Source of the DNA: Longimicrobiales bacterium
GTDB lineage: Bacteria > Gemmatimonadota > Gemmatimonadetes > Longimicrobiales > Gaopeijiaceae
Length of the DNA stretch: 64,000 nt
Reading direction: 5' to 3'
Assembly: GCA_963664435.2 (NCBI GenBank)
Contig: CAXXKM010000003.1
Coordinates: 1,248,001-1,312,000 of the forward strand
The translations under genes were made by a program, and so were the position numbers. Below the pieces are notes generated by a model. The model saw nothing but the letters and a program-made list of their open reading frames with translations, searched no databases and was not told the origin of the DNA. Within the stretch, counting starts at the first letter, position 1. Every line of letters begins with the position of its first letter. Shown piece after piece: positions 1-10,416 of the stretch.

Positions 1-835
1 CTTCACGCTCCGGCCGTCGGGCACCGACAGTTCGATCTCCTCGGCGCGCATCCGCGTGGCGCTGCGGAATTCCTCGGCCAGCGGGAGTTGATCGAGGGCG
101 AACTCCCGCCCGTCGGCGAAACGGCAGGTCAGAACGTCGAGCAGATCCTCCGGCCGCTGGGTCGAAGCTCGCAGACCATCCACGATCCAGTTGCGCCTCG
201 CGGTTGAACGACACCGGACGACCGGACTTTGCATCGAAGACCGCCACGCCCACCGGCGAAGTGTCGACCAGCGCCTCCAGGTTGGCCCGGGCTCGCTGCT
301 CGTCACGGTAGGATCTGGCATTGGCAATGGCCACCGCCGCCTGGGACGCGAGCAGCACCAGGGTCTCTTCGTCCTCGTCGGTGAACTCCGGATCGCCTTC
401 GTGCTTGCTGAGGTAGAAGTTGCCGACCTGCACGTCCCGGTGGTACATCGGAGTCGCTTGCAGGATGCTTGAGTTCCAGGTGTGTGCGGAGAGGCCCAGC
501 GTCTTCAGGTAACTCGCCATGTCCGCCACCCGCAGCGGCCTGGCCAGGTCTCGAAGGTGTTCGTAGAACTGCGGTCCCCCGGGCCATTCGAGCATCCGCT
601 GGAGTTCGTCGGGAGGAAGACCGGAGGAGACGAGGTCCCGGACCTGTCCCCGGTCGCCCATGGTCGTGATCACGCCGTAACGGGCACCCGTGAGGGCGCG
701 GGCGCTGTCCACGATCTCCTGCAGGACGGTGTCGAGGTCCAGGCTCGCGCTGACGCGCAGGATCGCCGCCGTCAACCTGGAGATACGTTCCTCCAGCGCT
801 TCGTTCCTGCGCCTGAGTTCGTGGATGCCGTTCAA
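1..835 (-). CDS. GAF/PAS sensor protein (probable sensor histidine kinase), 5' part only, with an apparent 1-nt frameshift near 187-195
   Basis: Manual translation from TTG at 835 (GGAGG RBS upstream): MNGIHELRRRNEALEERISRLTAAILRVSASLDLDTVLQEIVDSARALTGARYGVITT...FTDEDEETLVLLASQAAVAIANA (GAF), then LEALVDTSPVGVAVFDA (PAS start). The protein-like continuation IVDGLR...EEIELSVPDGRSVK is in a different frame. Runs off the window. Confidence 0.75.
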   Translation of the reverse strand, partial: MNGIHELRRRNEALEERISRLTAAILRVSASLDLDTVLQEIVDSARALTGARYGVITTMGDRGQVRDLVSSGLPPDELQRMLEWPGGPQFYEHLRDLARPLRVADMASYLKTLGLSAHTWNSSILQATPMYHRDVQVGNFYLSKHEGDPEFTDEDEETLVLLASQAAVAIANARSYRDEQRARANLEALVDTSPVGVAVFDAKSGRPVSFNREAQLDRGWSASFDPAAGGSARRSDLPFRRRAGVRPRSTPAGRGIPQRHADARRGDRTVGARRPERE

Positions 836-2064
836 GGGTCCTCCCTGGGCGACTCACTCAGGCAAGGTGACGGGTGTGCCCACAGGTCCGCAACGTCAAA
901 AACAGACGGCACTACGACATTATCAGACACCTAAACCTGTAGGAATCAGAACTTCAATCTCCTGCGCAGGAGTCGTAACCCATGCGGCGCTCGCCGGTTT
1001 CGCGCTTTCTCCCTGTCATGCGGAGCGCTCTTGACATACCAGCTGATTGTCGGTCTCATTACCAATCTTTCTCTGTAATTGCCTGCTTGCCAGCGCAGAC
1101 ACTCAGGCTCATATATCAACCATATCAGGCTCATACTCCCTGCCCATAGGCGTCCACACCCATGCCCATCTCCCCCGTCATCGTCATTCCCGGGATCACC
1201 GCTTCGGACCTCCACGACGAGTACGAGCTGCCGCCCGAAGCGGTATGGACGACGGTCCTCAGGCGCCGCTACGACCGCGTCACGCTGCACCCGGAGGACC
1301 AGCGCTACGAACTGCGCGAGCCGGCCCGGGTCATGCCGCGCGGCCCCTTTCCGCTCATCTACGAGGACCTGATCGAGGAGCTGCGCGACGGGCTCTCCGA
1401 GGACCAGCCGGGTCCCGTGCCCGTGTTTCCCTTCGGCTACGACTGGCGCATGCCGCTGGACTGGACCGAGCAACGCCTGGCCGCGTTCGTGCGCGAAGTC
1501 ATCGACCGGACGCTGCTCATGCGGCACTACCGGGACGACGAGGCGTTTCGGAACAACCCCACTGTTTCCCTCATCGGCCACTCGATGGGAGGGCTGATCA
1601 TCGCCGGGTACGTCGAGAGTCTTGTCGCCGGGCGCATCCGGAGTCCCACGGGCAGCGGCGCCCTCGTCGACAAGGTCGTGACGCTGGGGACGCCCTTCCG
1701 GGGCTCGTACGAGGCGATCCTCAAGGTGGCCACGGGGACCAGCGAGCTCGGGGACGACTCGGGCAGGGCCCGGGAGCGGCGCATGGCGCGGATGACGCCC
1801 GCCCTCTACCACCTGCTCCCCGGGTCGGCGGGGCCGGTCGCGTCGCACGGCGGCATGGCGGTGAACTTCTTCCGGCCGGATGCGTGGCAGCCGAACGTGG
1901 TTCAGACCATCGAGCATCAGGTCCGCGAATGGGACGTGACCGGGGCGGAGCTGTTCCGGAAGATGCTGGACGAGGCGCGGGCGCACCGCGAGCGGATCTC
2001 GGGGTTGCGGCTACTGAATGGCGGGACGCCTGACGCGGCTGGGGCGTCGGATGACGGAGGGTCG

Positions 2065-2190
2065 GGAGATACGGGACCGTTAGGAGATACGGGACCGCCC
2101 GGAGATGCCGGACCGTTGGGAGATACGGCACCGCCAGGAGATACGGGACCGCCCGGAGATGCCGAAGCCCCCGGAGATGCGGGACCGCCA
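2065..2190 (+). repeat. 7 x 18-bp in-frame tandem repeat (GGAGATACGGGACCGCCC-like) encoding G-D-T/A-G-P-P/L
   Basis: Units start at 2065, 2083, 2101, 2119, 2137, 2155 and 2173. Confidence 0.95.
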
Positions 2191-2521
2191 GCCGTCGCCG
2201 TCCGCTCGGACGACTGGCTCGCCATCGCGGGGGTCGACTCGAAGACCCGCGTGAGCCTCAGGGTGGTGCGCGACGAGAACGGCTTTGCGCGATTCGACCT
2301 TCGGGGCGCGGAGCGACGCAACGAGTGGGACTCCGACATCGAGGGCAACCGGCGCGACACAGGCGACGGAACGGTCCCGCTGGAGGGCGCGATTCCGCCC
2401 TTCCTGGACGAGGCGCGCGTGGTGTGCGTCACACCCGGCGACTTCGGCTACTGGGAGATTCGCGACCGGGCGCTGACCGCCGCCGCGGGTTTTCACGGGC
2501 TGCTGCCCCGGATGAACATGC

Positions 2522-2530
2522 TGCACCGGC
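2522..2530 (+). repeat. attL core TGCACCGGC
   Basis: Identical 9-mer at 16387-16395; marks the point where lipase-like coding stops. Confidence 0.85.
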
Positions 2531-3019
2531 CGAATGGCAAATGCCGCAATCCCGGCGGGAAATCGTATAAAGTCATACAGGACTGCACGATCTGCGTTTC
2601 CTGCCGTTGGGCTCGACCCTGCTGGACCGTACCCCGAAAGCGGGAAAACGGGTTTGAATGGCGGGACTCCCGCCCGCCGCCTCTTCGCCGCCAGAGGTCA
2701 GTGGGGCGCCCTCGCTCGCCTTCTCGAAAAGCAAGATGGTTCAGGCGAATCACCGGTCGGTACTACCGAATCGTCGCTCCGGCAAGGCTCGCCACCGGGG
2801 TCACATCAACCCAGCAGGCGTGGGGCCGACTAGGAGGTAGACCGCCACGGTCCCGGACTACCGACCGGTGCGGAAGCGCCCTCCCGACCCCGGCTTGAAC
2901 CAAACCTCCGTCTTCCCGTCGGGACCCGCGCCCGATGGGAAGGCGGAGGGAACCGGCGCGGCGATCCCGCCACGCTCGCAGGCGTCGTGGCGCCGGGGGT
3001 TGCGCCCTGGGAACCCTCG

Positions 3020-3130
3020 CCCCCCGTCAGCGCCAGGTTCTCCGCGCCCGCGCCCCTTCGGCCGGTAGTGCCGCGACGAGCGGCTTAGCCCCACCAGCAC
3101 GCACAAGCGGGGCTTCATGGAAAGCAAGAT
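3020..3130 (-). pseudogene. Degenerate IS3-family transposase (OrfB N-terminus) fragment
   Basis: LSMKPRLCVLVGLSRSSRHYRPKG followed in a shifted frame by ENLAL resembles the typical IS3 'C.LLGLSRSS.YYRPKGES.ENLALM' segment. Confidence 0.45.
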
Positions 3131-3156
3131 AGCCTCCGCGAGAGCGCGCGTAAGAC

Positions 3157-4029
3157 TTAGTACACCCAAATACGAACACTCCAAGGGGCGTTCTGTGTGC
3201 CATCCGTGACATTCAGTCTCAGGTCGATCAAACCTGAGACCGGAGGCACGGAAATACGTATGTGGGGATCGAAGGGTGGGTCTGGATTCCAAGCCTGAAA
3301 CCGGCCATGGGGACGTGCCTCTGAGCCTTGAATGACACCGGATTCCTCCAGAAACCGCACGTCTGCGCCGCCACCTGTTGTCACTAGCGACTCTTTGCCC
3401 ATGCCCCACCCGTGGCTGATATGTACACGGCCTTCCTTCTCAACAACCAAAAATTTGCAGTGCGCAACGAACGAAACAGGCATTTCGATTTCCCGTGCTG
3501 GCCCAACTTGCGTCCAGTCACCATCCGCTTGCATATGCGAATAGTCGGGAAGGGGAATCGACACCGTAACAGATGTCGTAAGTGTGTCGCCAACATTATC
3601 CACGATGGTTACGGGCAGATCGTAAAGACCTGGAGTGGCCCAAGACAGTGTTCGTATTACAACGGGACTCCATGTCGGAGGCCATGTGCCACCGGAACCG
3701 CCCCATTGATAGCTAATCCTGCCATCGTCAACGAAACCAGATCCAAACGTAACATATGGCGGCGACCCCCCATACACCAGGGGGAGGGAAGTATGCAATC
3801 CCCAATTGGGTTTGTTCTCAGCTCCTTGGATGGTTGTACATGCTGGCGATAGAGGAAATCCGCCATTTGGGGTTGGTAGAAAGGAGCCCGTCGCGGACGA
3901 AACAAAGGTCAGGTCTTGCTGACGAGCTGACGAAAGGACCATCGTGGGCGCGGTGATGGTTTCCCCGGGTATGGGGTCGTTGGCGCAGGCGGCAACGACG
4001 AGAAGGGCGATGGCGACGCGCTGTAACAT
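3157..4029 (-). CDS. Hypothetical lipoprotein (element cargo)
   Basis: 290-aa ORF with an AAGGAGG RBS and a lipobox-like MLQRVAIALLVVAAC. Visibly less GC-rich than the flanking genes. Confidence 0.65.
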   Translation of the reverse strand: MLQRVAIALLVVAACANDPIPGETITAPTMVLSSARQQDLTFVSSATGSFLPTPNGGFPLSPACTTIQGAENKPNWGLHTSLPLVYGGSPPYVTFGSGFVDDGRISYQWGGSGGTWPPTWSPVVIRTLSWATPGLYDLPVTIVDNVGDTLTTSVTVSIPLPDYSHMQADGDWTQVGPAREIEMPVSFVAHCKFLVVEKEGRVHISHGWGMGKESLVTTGGGADVRFLEESGVIQGSEARPHGRFQAWNPDPPFDPHIRISVPPVSGLIDLRLNVTDGTQNAPWSVRIWVY

Positions 4030-4368
4030 TTTTCTTGGTGGCCTCCTTTTCGTCCGTTCCGAGGCTGGGCTGCAAGCTCACGGCTCGCCCTCGTTCTCGT
4101 CTTGGTCTGCGTTTCCCGCCGAATCGGGCTAGAGATTGCGGGCCGTGGCGGATGTACGCAAGTAGCTGGCAGGCGGTGCTGCGCGAGGCAGCCAACTCCC
4201 GGGGAATGCGAATGCGTCTCAGCCACGCTCTTGGCCCCATGCCGCGATTTGGTTCCGGCGCCCGCAGAACGCAGCAGTGTTCCGATGCCTGCGCGTCATT
4301 GCATGGCGGTGTCATTCCCAATGTGCTGTTGCCAAGCCCTGCGAGACTTGCTTGTTCCCGGGCTGCTC

Positions 4369-7300
4369 TCACCTCCTCCACGCGTAACCGTCCGGAATGC
4401 CCCGGCTGAACAGCGTTTCCAACCTCTGCCCGGCGGCCTGTCCCACCGCATCCGCCGCCGCCTGGGTCGCCGGAGCCGGATCCCGCAGGAATCCGCGCAC
4501 TTCTCCGGTTTGCGCGTCGCGAAGGATGGCCATCGGCTGGTCCGTGGTTTCGTCCAGCACGGCTGAGCCTCCGGGGCCGGATAGCGTGATGCTTGCCAGT
4601 TTGTCCCCCCAGCCCGGTCGGACAGGCAAGGCGAATACAAAGCTGGTCTCCTCACCCTCGGCGTCTCCGATGTGCGGCATATCGAAGGCAAACGAGAAGA
4701 CGGGTGTGCCATCAACGGTCGCACCCTCGATGGTATACTCCCCCCCGGCGACTGGAAGAGAGGGCACGGCGTCAACGACGAACGCGGGATCGAGGTACGG
4801 AACACCATCCTGATCCCGTCCACCCCAGATCAGAAGCGAACGAACGGGCACCGCCTCTGCGGCCATGGCCGCAGAGGCGGTGCCGCCGTTCGCAAGACGG
4901 TGGCTAAGTGCCTTGTTGAAAAAGAAATCGCTGGTCCAGTAGATCCCATGTGTGCAGTAGGACATGACGTCGGCGGCGTGCGGCGTCACCAACGCGTTCC
5001 GTCCGAAGTCGTACCCCCAGGCCCCGATGCTTCCGCCAAAATGCGGGAACCAGGGGTCGACCGTGCGGGGATTGCCACACGGTGCGTGCTTGAGCGAGAG
5101 GTTGTGCCCCAATTCATGGGCGATCGTGGAAGGGTTGCGCGTCGACATGCTCGCCCAGCCAGCGAGGCGGGCGACTCCCGTCGCCGCTGGGCTAGACGAG
5201 AATTCGTTACTATAGTTGGGTTGCCATACGCCCATCCAGTATCCCGAACCGCCCTCCATCACGCGCATCGCGTCTACCTGAGCCAATCTCCTGGAGATGT
5301 CCTGGGTCGATGTGATGACGGGTTGGCGCGCCGAGACAGCGAGTTCCGCTATCGGAAGTAGCATCCGCACGTCGCGGAGCAACTCGTGCCCGTCCGGATC
5401 CGCCGCCATTGCGGAAACGGACTCCACAACGGACGAGTCGGGCTCGGTTTCCCAGAGAAACGGGATAAGGGTCAGGCGCAAGGGCTGCACGGACCGGACG
5501 TCGATTGCCATGCGTCCTTCTTCGGGAATCCGCTTCGTGACTCCAAGCGCGGAGTCCAGCGTCCCTTCAGGATCGACTTCAATCACCATCTCCAAGCCTG
5601 GCACGATGACCCAGTCGGGAATCTCGGCGTTCGCCGACAGCGCAAGATCTCCTTCCATGACCTCTGAGGGGATGAGCCGGGTCGTCGCCGCGATATCGAC
5701 TGAGTGCCGTTCGGCCCCATCGACGAAGAAGGTGGCGCGGACATCGGGCATCGTCGCCGTGCCGGCCTGGGCCGCGGTCACGAAAACGCGCAGCAGCGCC
5801 GGCTTTCCGGCCAGGAGCGGCACGGGATCGTCCCATGACTGCACGCTCTGCGTCAGATACGCCGCCGCCCCACCGTCGCAACGTACCAGGTGGCGGTCGG
5901 CAATGCCCCGGAACCATGCGGCCCAAGCGGCATCCGGCGGCCAGCAGAGCCCGGTGCCTCCCGCCATGAGACGTTCGAGTCCTCCAATGGCCAGAATCTC
6001 GGAAGGCATCGGCCCGGCGAGGTCGGAGTTGTCCGCCAGAATCAGTTGATCTAGCAGGGTGAGGCTGCCGAATTCTGGAGGAACGGGACCGTTCAGCGCG
6101 TTGGATCGCAGGTCGAGATGCTCCAGGTTGGTGGCGCGCCCGAGTTCAGCGGGCAGAGCCCCGGAGAGTGCATTGTTGCCCAGATCCAGCGTGACCAGGC
6201 TGCCGAGACGGCCCAACTCACTCGGAATCGATCCAGAGAGTTGATTGTCGGAGAGCTCCAGCGCCCAAAGGTCGCCAGATCGCCCCAAGTCAGAAGGGAT
6301 CGATCCGGAGATCTCGTTGCCGGAGAGCCGGAGCTCCTGGAGACCGGCGAGGCCGCCGAGTGCCGAAGGAATGCTCCCGCTCAGTCGATTGCGGGAAAAG
6401 TCCACGGCGGACAGGCGGTCTAGCGTGCCAAGCTCGGGCGGAATGCGGCCCGTCAGTTGGTTATCAGCGAGCCGGATGGATATGAGCGCTGAGATCCTGC
6501 CGAGTTCCGAAGGAATGCTCCCGCTCAGTTGGTTGCCGACGAGTTCGAGCCGCTCGAGACGACTCAGATTGCCCAATGCGGCCGGAATGGAGCCTGAGAG
6601 GAAGTTCCATTTGAGGTCCAGCCTGGCGAGATCGGCGAGGTTGGCCAGTTCTTCTGGGATTTCGCCTGTGAGTTCATTATCCCTAAGACTGAGCTGCCGC
6701 AAAGGGACCAAGTCACCCAGCTCCGGCGGGATCGTCCCCGATATCCGGTTTCTGAAGAGGTCAAGTCCTCTCAACTCCGACAACCCGCCAAGCTCCGAAG
6801 GAATGCCGCCGTAGAGCTGGTTCCCCGCAAGGTCAAGCCACTCAAGATGGTCCAATTCACCCAACTCGATTGGGATCCGGCCGGACAACCCGTTGAACGG
6901 TAGCCGCAGTACGACGACCCGGCCGGCGGCATCGGTCTCCACACCGTGCCATTCGGCCAACGGTGCATCGGTGAGCCACCCCGTATTCTCGTTCCAGTTT
7001 CGGCCATCCGCATTCCGGTACAACAGCTCGAGAATGTCACGGTTCGTAAGAGGGGGACACGGCACTCCTGTCCCGGTGTGGCGCGGGATGCCGTTCAGCC
7101 AATCTTGGAAGCCGGCATCGTCCGCCACGCACAGGGACGTGCCCCGGTAGTCGAGCTCCTCCAGTTGCACCTCGGTCAGCGACAGAGGCAACCGGCCGGA
7201 CAAGGCGTTGTCCCCGATCCGCAGCTCCGTGAGGCTGGCCAGCAGGCCAAGCGCCTCCGGAACGTGGCCCGACAACGCGTTGCCGCTCAGATCGAGACCC

Positions 7301-9297
7301 GAGACCCGACCGATCGAATCCGTCCGCACGCCATGCCACCGGTCCAGGTTCTCGTCCTCCAGCCAGCCATCGGACCGCGTCCAGCCGGATCCGTTCGTGG
7401 CCTCGTGGAGGCTCTCCAGCGCGTCGGCATCGATCTCGTCGCAGAATGCGATATCCACCGCCCACTCGATGTTCCCGCGAGCCTCCACCTGCCGCGCCCA
7501 CTCCCTGAACTCGTCCGTCGCGGGCAGGCATACCCCCTCGGTTCGCCGGCAACCTATCGTCTGAAGTCTGTTCAGACCGATAAAACTCAACGGGAGGGAG
7601 CCCGTCAGGAGGTTGTCGGTCAAAGTAAGTCCTTCCAATGCAGCGAGGCTTCCGAGTTCCGTCGGCACCGCGCCCGTCAGTTCATTGTTGTTCAAATTCA
7701 GATTGCGCAGATGGGTCAGTTTCCCCAGCTCCGGCGGGATCGGACCTGTCAGTGCGTTACTCGACAGTGACAGGCTGGTCAGATTGGCAAGACCGCCCAG
7801 CTCCGGTGGGATCGGGCCCGTCAGACCGTTGTCATAGAGCCATAACCACCACAATCCCTCGATGTTGGCCAACTCTGGCGGAATCCGGCCTGTGAGGTTG
7901 TTCCCGTCAAGCAGCAGCCACCGCAGGTTGGCAAGGTTGGCCAGCTCCGGCGGGATCGGGCCCGCCAGATCGTTTTGCCGCAAGTTCAGATCGCGAAGTC
8001 CGGCAAGTCCGCCTAGCGATGGCGGAATCGTACCCGTCAGATTGTTCCATCCCAAATCAAGGTCTGACAACCGCACCAGATCGGCCAACTCCGGTGGGAT
8101 TGGGCCCGTCAGCTCGTTGTCGCGCAAACTAAGCACGCGCAGGTTGGAGAGGTCCCCGAGCTCTTGGGGAATTGTGCCGGTCAGGACGTTCCCTCGGAGG
8201 GAAAGTGTTTCGAGATTCGCAATTCCGCCGAACTCCGGCGGAATAACACCGAACAGTCGGTTCAAACCGAGGTTGAGATGCCGCAAGTTCGCAAGATTCC
8301 CCAGCTCCGAAGGAATGGTGCCCGTGACGGCGTTGATCCGGAGGCTGAGCACCTCCAGGGACGTGAGGCGCCCGAGTTCGGGCGGAATCGGACCCAGGAG
8401 GCCATGAGGCACTTGTTCCCGTCCTTCCCACACGCCGTCTAGACGAATGCCCACCACCCGCCCCGACGCGTCGGTCTCCACCCCGTACCACTCCCCCAAC
8501 GGCGCGTCGGTCAGCCAGTTGGTGTTGTCGATCCAATTCGGACCGTCGGTGGCCTCGTAGAGGGCTACCAGGGCGGTTCGGTCGGTATTCTCCACCGTTG
8601 TGACCTCGGCAGTGCCCGAGTATTCGCTCGCCGTCGCCGTGATCGTAGCCGTTCCTTCGTCCACTCCGGTCACCAACCCCGAGTCGTCCACCCGGGCCAC
8701 GAGCGTGTCGCTCGAAGACCAAACGAATTCCGTCACCGCCGCCACGCCGTGACCGTTCGCGTCGGTCGCCTCGGCCACCAGACGCACCGTGTCCCCGAAC
8801 GCCACCAGGGTGTCCGCCGCGGGCGACAAAACGACTGCGATCACCACCTGGGCCACGGTCACTGCCGCCGTGCCGGAGCCCGAGCCCGCCGTCGCGGTGA
8901 TCGTTGCGGTCCCGTTCCCCGCTGACGTCGCCAGCCCCGTCGCGTCCACCGACGCGACCGAAGCGTTGCTGCTCGCCCACGCGACGGCGGTTCCCGCCAT
9001 CACCTGCCCGTTCTGGTCGCGTACCTCGGCCGTGAACCGGGCCGTCTCTGCGAGGGCGCTCAGTGCGGCAGAACCTGGGCTGACCGCCACCGTGGTGGCC
9101 ACGGGAGTCGGTGGAGGAGCAGGCTCGACGGCGCCATCGCCGCAGGACAGGACCAGCACCGCGGTCGCGGCGATGGCCGAGATCGCGAAGCGCGCGCTCA
9201 AGCGTCCCGGTCGACCATCGCCCCGCCTCCGGCGAATGTGCCAACGGTGCATCCCTGCCCGACCATCTTCGGAAAGCCCTCTCGATTGCATGTCCAT
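4369..9297 (-). CDS. Large lipoprotein: Ig-like (Big_2) domains, plant-type leucine-rich repeat blocks and a C-terminal M66-like zinc metalloprotease
   Basis: LVLSCGDG lipobox; VAWASSNASVASVDATGL and WSSSDTLVARVDDSGLVT Ig repeats; many LxLxxNxLTGxIPPELGxL repeats with three cap motifs (ALYEATDGPNW...WYGV); HELGHNLSLKH and DVMSY. Start chosen from the AGGAG RBS; the ORF is open to 9342. Confidence 0.9.
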   Translation of the reverse strand: MDMQSRGLSEDGRAGMHRWHIRRRRGDGRPGRLSARFAISAIAATAVLVLSCGDGAVEPAPPPTPVATTVAVSPGSAALSALAETARFTAEVRDQNGQVMAGTAVAWASSNASVASVDATGLATSAGNGTATITATAGSGSGTAAVTVAQVVIAVVLSPAADTLVAFGDTVRLVAEATDANGHGVAAVTEFVWSSSDTLVARVDDSGLVTGVDEGTATITATASEYSGTAEVTTVENTDRTALVALYEATDGPNWIDNTNWLTDAPLGEWYGVETDASGRVVGIRLDGVWEGREQVPHGLLGPIPPELGRLTSLEVLSLRINAVTGTIPSELGNLANLRHLNLGLNRLFGVIPPEFGGIANLETLSLRGNVLTGTIPQELGDLSNLRVLSLRDNELTGPIPPELADLVRLSDLDLGWNNLTGTIPPSLGGLAGLRDLNLRQNDLAGPIPPELANLANLRWLLLDGNNLTGRIPPELANIEGLWWLWLYDNGLTGPIPPELGGLANLTSLSLSSNALTGPIPPELGKLTHLRNLNLNNNELTGAVPTELGSLAALEGLTLTDNLLTGSLPLSFIGLNRLQTIGCRRTEGVCLPATDEFREWARQVEARGNIEWAVDIAFCDEIDADALESLHEATNGSGWTRSDGWLEDENLDRWHGVRTDSIGRVSGLDLSGNALSGHVPEALGLLASLTELRIGDNALSGRLPLSLTEVQLEELDYRGTSLCVADDAGFQDWLNGIPRHTGTGVPCPPLTNRDILELLYRNADGRNWNENTGWLTDAPLAEWHGVETDAAGRVVVLRLPFNGLSGRIPIELGELDHLEWLDLAGNQLYGGIPSELGGLSELRGLDLFRNRISGTIPPELGDLVPLRQLSLRDNELTGEIPEELANLADLARLDLKWNFLSGSIPAALGNLSRLERLELVGNQLSGSIPSELGRISALISIRLADNQLTGRIPPELGTLDRLSAVDFSRNRLSGSIPSALGGLAGLQELRLSGNEISGSIPSDLGRSGDLWALELSDNQLSGSIPSELGRLGSLVTLDLGNNALSGALPAELGRATNLEHLDLRSNALNGPVPPEFGSLTLLDQLILADNSDLAGPMPSEILAIGGLERLMAGGTGLCWPPDAAWAAWFRGIADRHLVRCDGGAAAYLTQSVQSWDDPVPLLAGKPALLRVFVTAAQAGTATMPDVRATFFVDGAERHSVDIAATTRLIPSEVMEGDLALSANAEIPDWVIVPGLEMVIEVDPEGTLDSALGVTKRIPEEGRMAIDVRSVQPLRLTLIPFLWETEPDSSVVESVSAMAADPDGHELLRDVRMLLPIAELAVSARQPVITSTQDISRRLAQVDAMRVMEGGSGYWMGVWQPNYSNEFSSSPAATGVARLAGWASMSTRNPSTIAHELGHNLSLKHAPCGNPRTVDPWFPHFGGSIGAWGYDFGRNALVTPHAADVMSYCTHGIYWTSDFFFNKALSHRLANGGTASAAMAAEAVPVRSLLIWGGRDQDGVPYLDPAFVVDAVPSLPVAGGEYTIEGATVDGTPVFSFAFDMPHIGDAEGEETSFVFALPVRPGWGDKLASITLSGPGGSAVLDETTDQPMAILRDAQTGEVRGFLRDPAPATQAAADAVGQAAGQRLETLFSRGIPDGYAWRR

Positions 9298-10416
9298 CTC
9301 TCCTCGCCCTGCCCGCTTCGGTGTTCGGGCTTCCTGTCGCATCGGCCGCGCGCCGGACGTATCACGAGTTATTTAACAATCGTGATCATTGCGCGAGCTA
9401 TCGGCTCGTACGCATGAGATTACCGTGGCCGGAGAACAGCTGGCAAGGACGACCTACCGGTCACCAAGTTGCGTTCAATTCCCTAGCGAGCCTTCAGGGA
9501 GCGGGATGGGGCGTTCTTGCGAGCCGCTGGCGGCGGGGTCCAGCCGTTCGCGTGCCTTCTCGGACTACATCGGCCACGGCGGACAACAGGACGTTCCCCA
9601 CGGGTTGACGTCCTTGCGAACGGCTTTGCAGCGTTCCGGTTATGGAGACACTGAAGCAGCAGTTTCAATCGCACGCGAGCGAAGCCGCGGCCCACCTGCG
9701 CGGGCGGGTGTGGGCGCTCGGTGCCGAGGACAGCCGCCACCGGATCGGGAAGAATAGGGGCTCTGGGCGGCGCTTAGGCGACGGCGTGCGCGAGGGAACC
9801 CCAAGCCGGGATCCCCTCGTTGAAGACGCCGATGCGACGCGTTCAGCCGGAGCTTCCGCGGCCGCTCCGGACTGGCTTGTCGGACGCCGCTAACTAAGGA
9901 CGGGGAGCCAGCCGGACCCGCGCAAACCGGACGGCCATCCCGAAACCGCTCCACCACGGAGACTCCACGGGGGTCGCTCGGCAAGCCGCTGGCGGCGGCG
10001 TCCTTCGGCTGCTTTACGTTATCGAACATCCTCGAACGTTATCGGACAATAGGCGATTATCCGCGAGTTGACTCGTCTGCCAGCGACCCTTCACCGTTCG
10101 GGGATGGAGACGCTGGAACACTCGTTCAACGTGCCGATTAGGGCGCTCCTCGGGCGGGATGGAGAACCCGCGTCGCGCCTCCACTGGCGACGGGTGGCCG
10201 AACCCGAATCCGGCAACCCGTTGCCCCGTCGAGATGTGGGAAATGGCCTATTTCCCACTCGCTTGCGCGGCTTGCCGACACCGTGTTCGGGTTGATGTGC
10301 ATGGAGATCGTGACCAAACAGTTGGAGACCCCGCCGAGGAGCGTCCTCCGGTGTCGATTCGTTCCCCGTCCCAGCGGCTCCGCGAGCCGAGAAGGCTCGG
10401 AAGAGGGGGACCTGCG

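Larger units (their letters stand above)
1162..2530 (+). pseudogene. LCAT/phospholipase-like alpha/beta hydrolase, N-terminal 456 codons, interrupted by an integrated element (reads through element DNA to a stop at 2898)
   Basis: Motifs VIVIPGI, FGYDWR, GHSMGG (nucleophile), LGTPFRGS, GDGTVP (Asp) and GFHGLLP (His). The sequence stops looking protein-like right after MNMLHR at the 9-bp repeat, and the natural C-terminus is at 16387-16508. Confidence 0.8.

Noticed and set aside
2065..2190. Possible CRISPR array
   Set aside because: Head-to-tail 18-bp in-frame coding repeats with no spacers, and no cas genes in the window.
2531..2898. Genuine C-terminal domain of the 578-aa ORF
   Set aside because: It is read-through into element DNA; the coherent C-terminus lies at 16387-16508.
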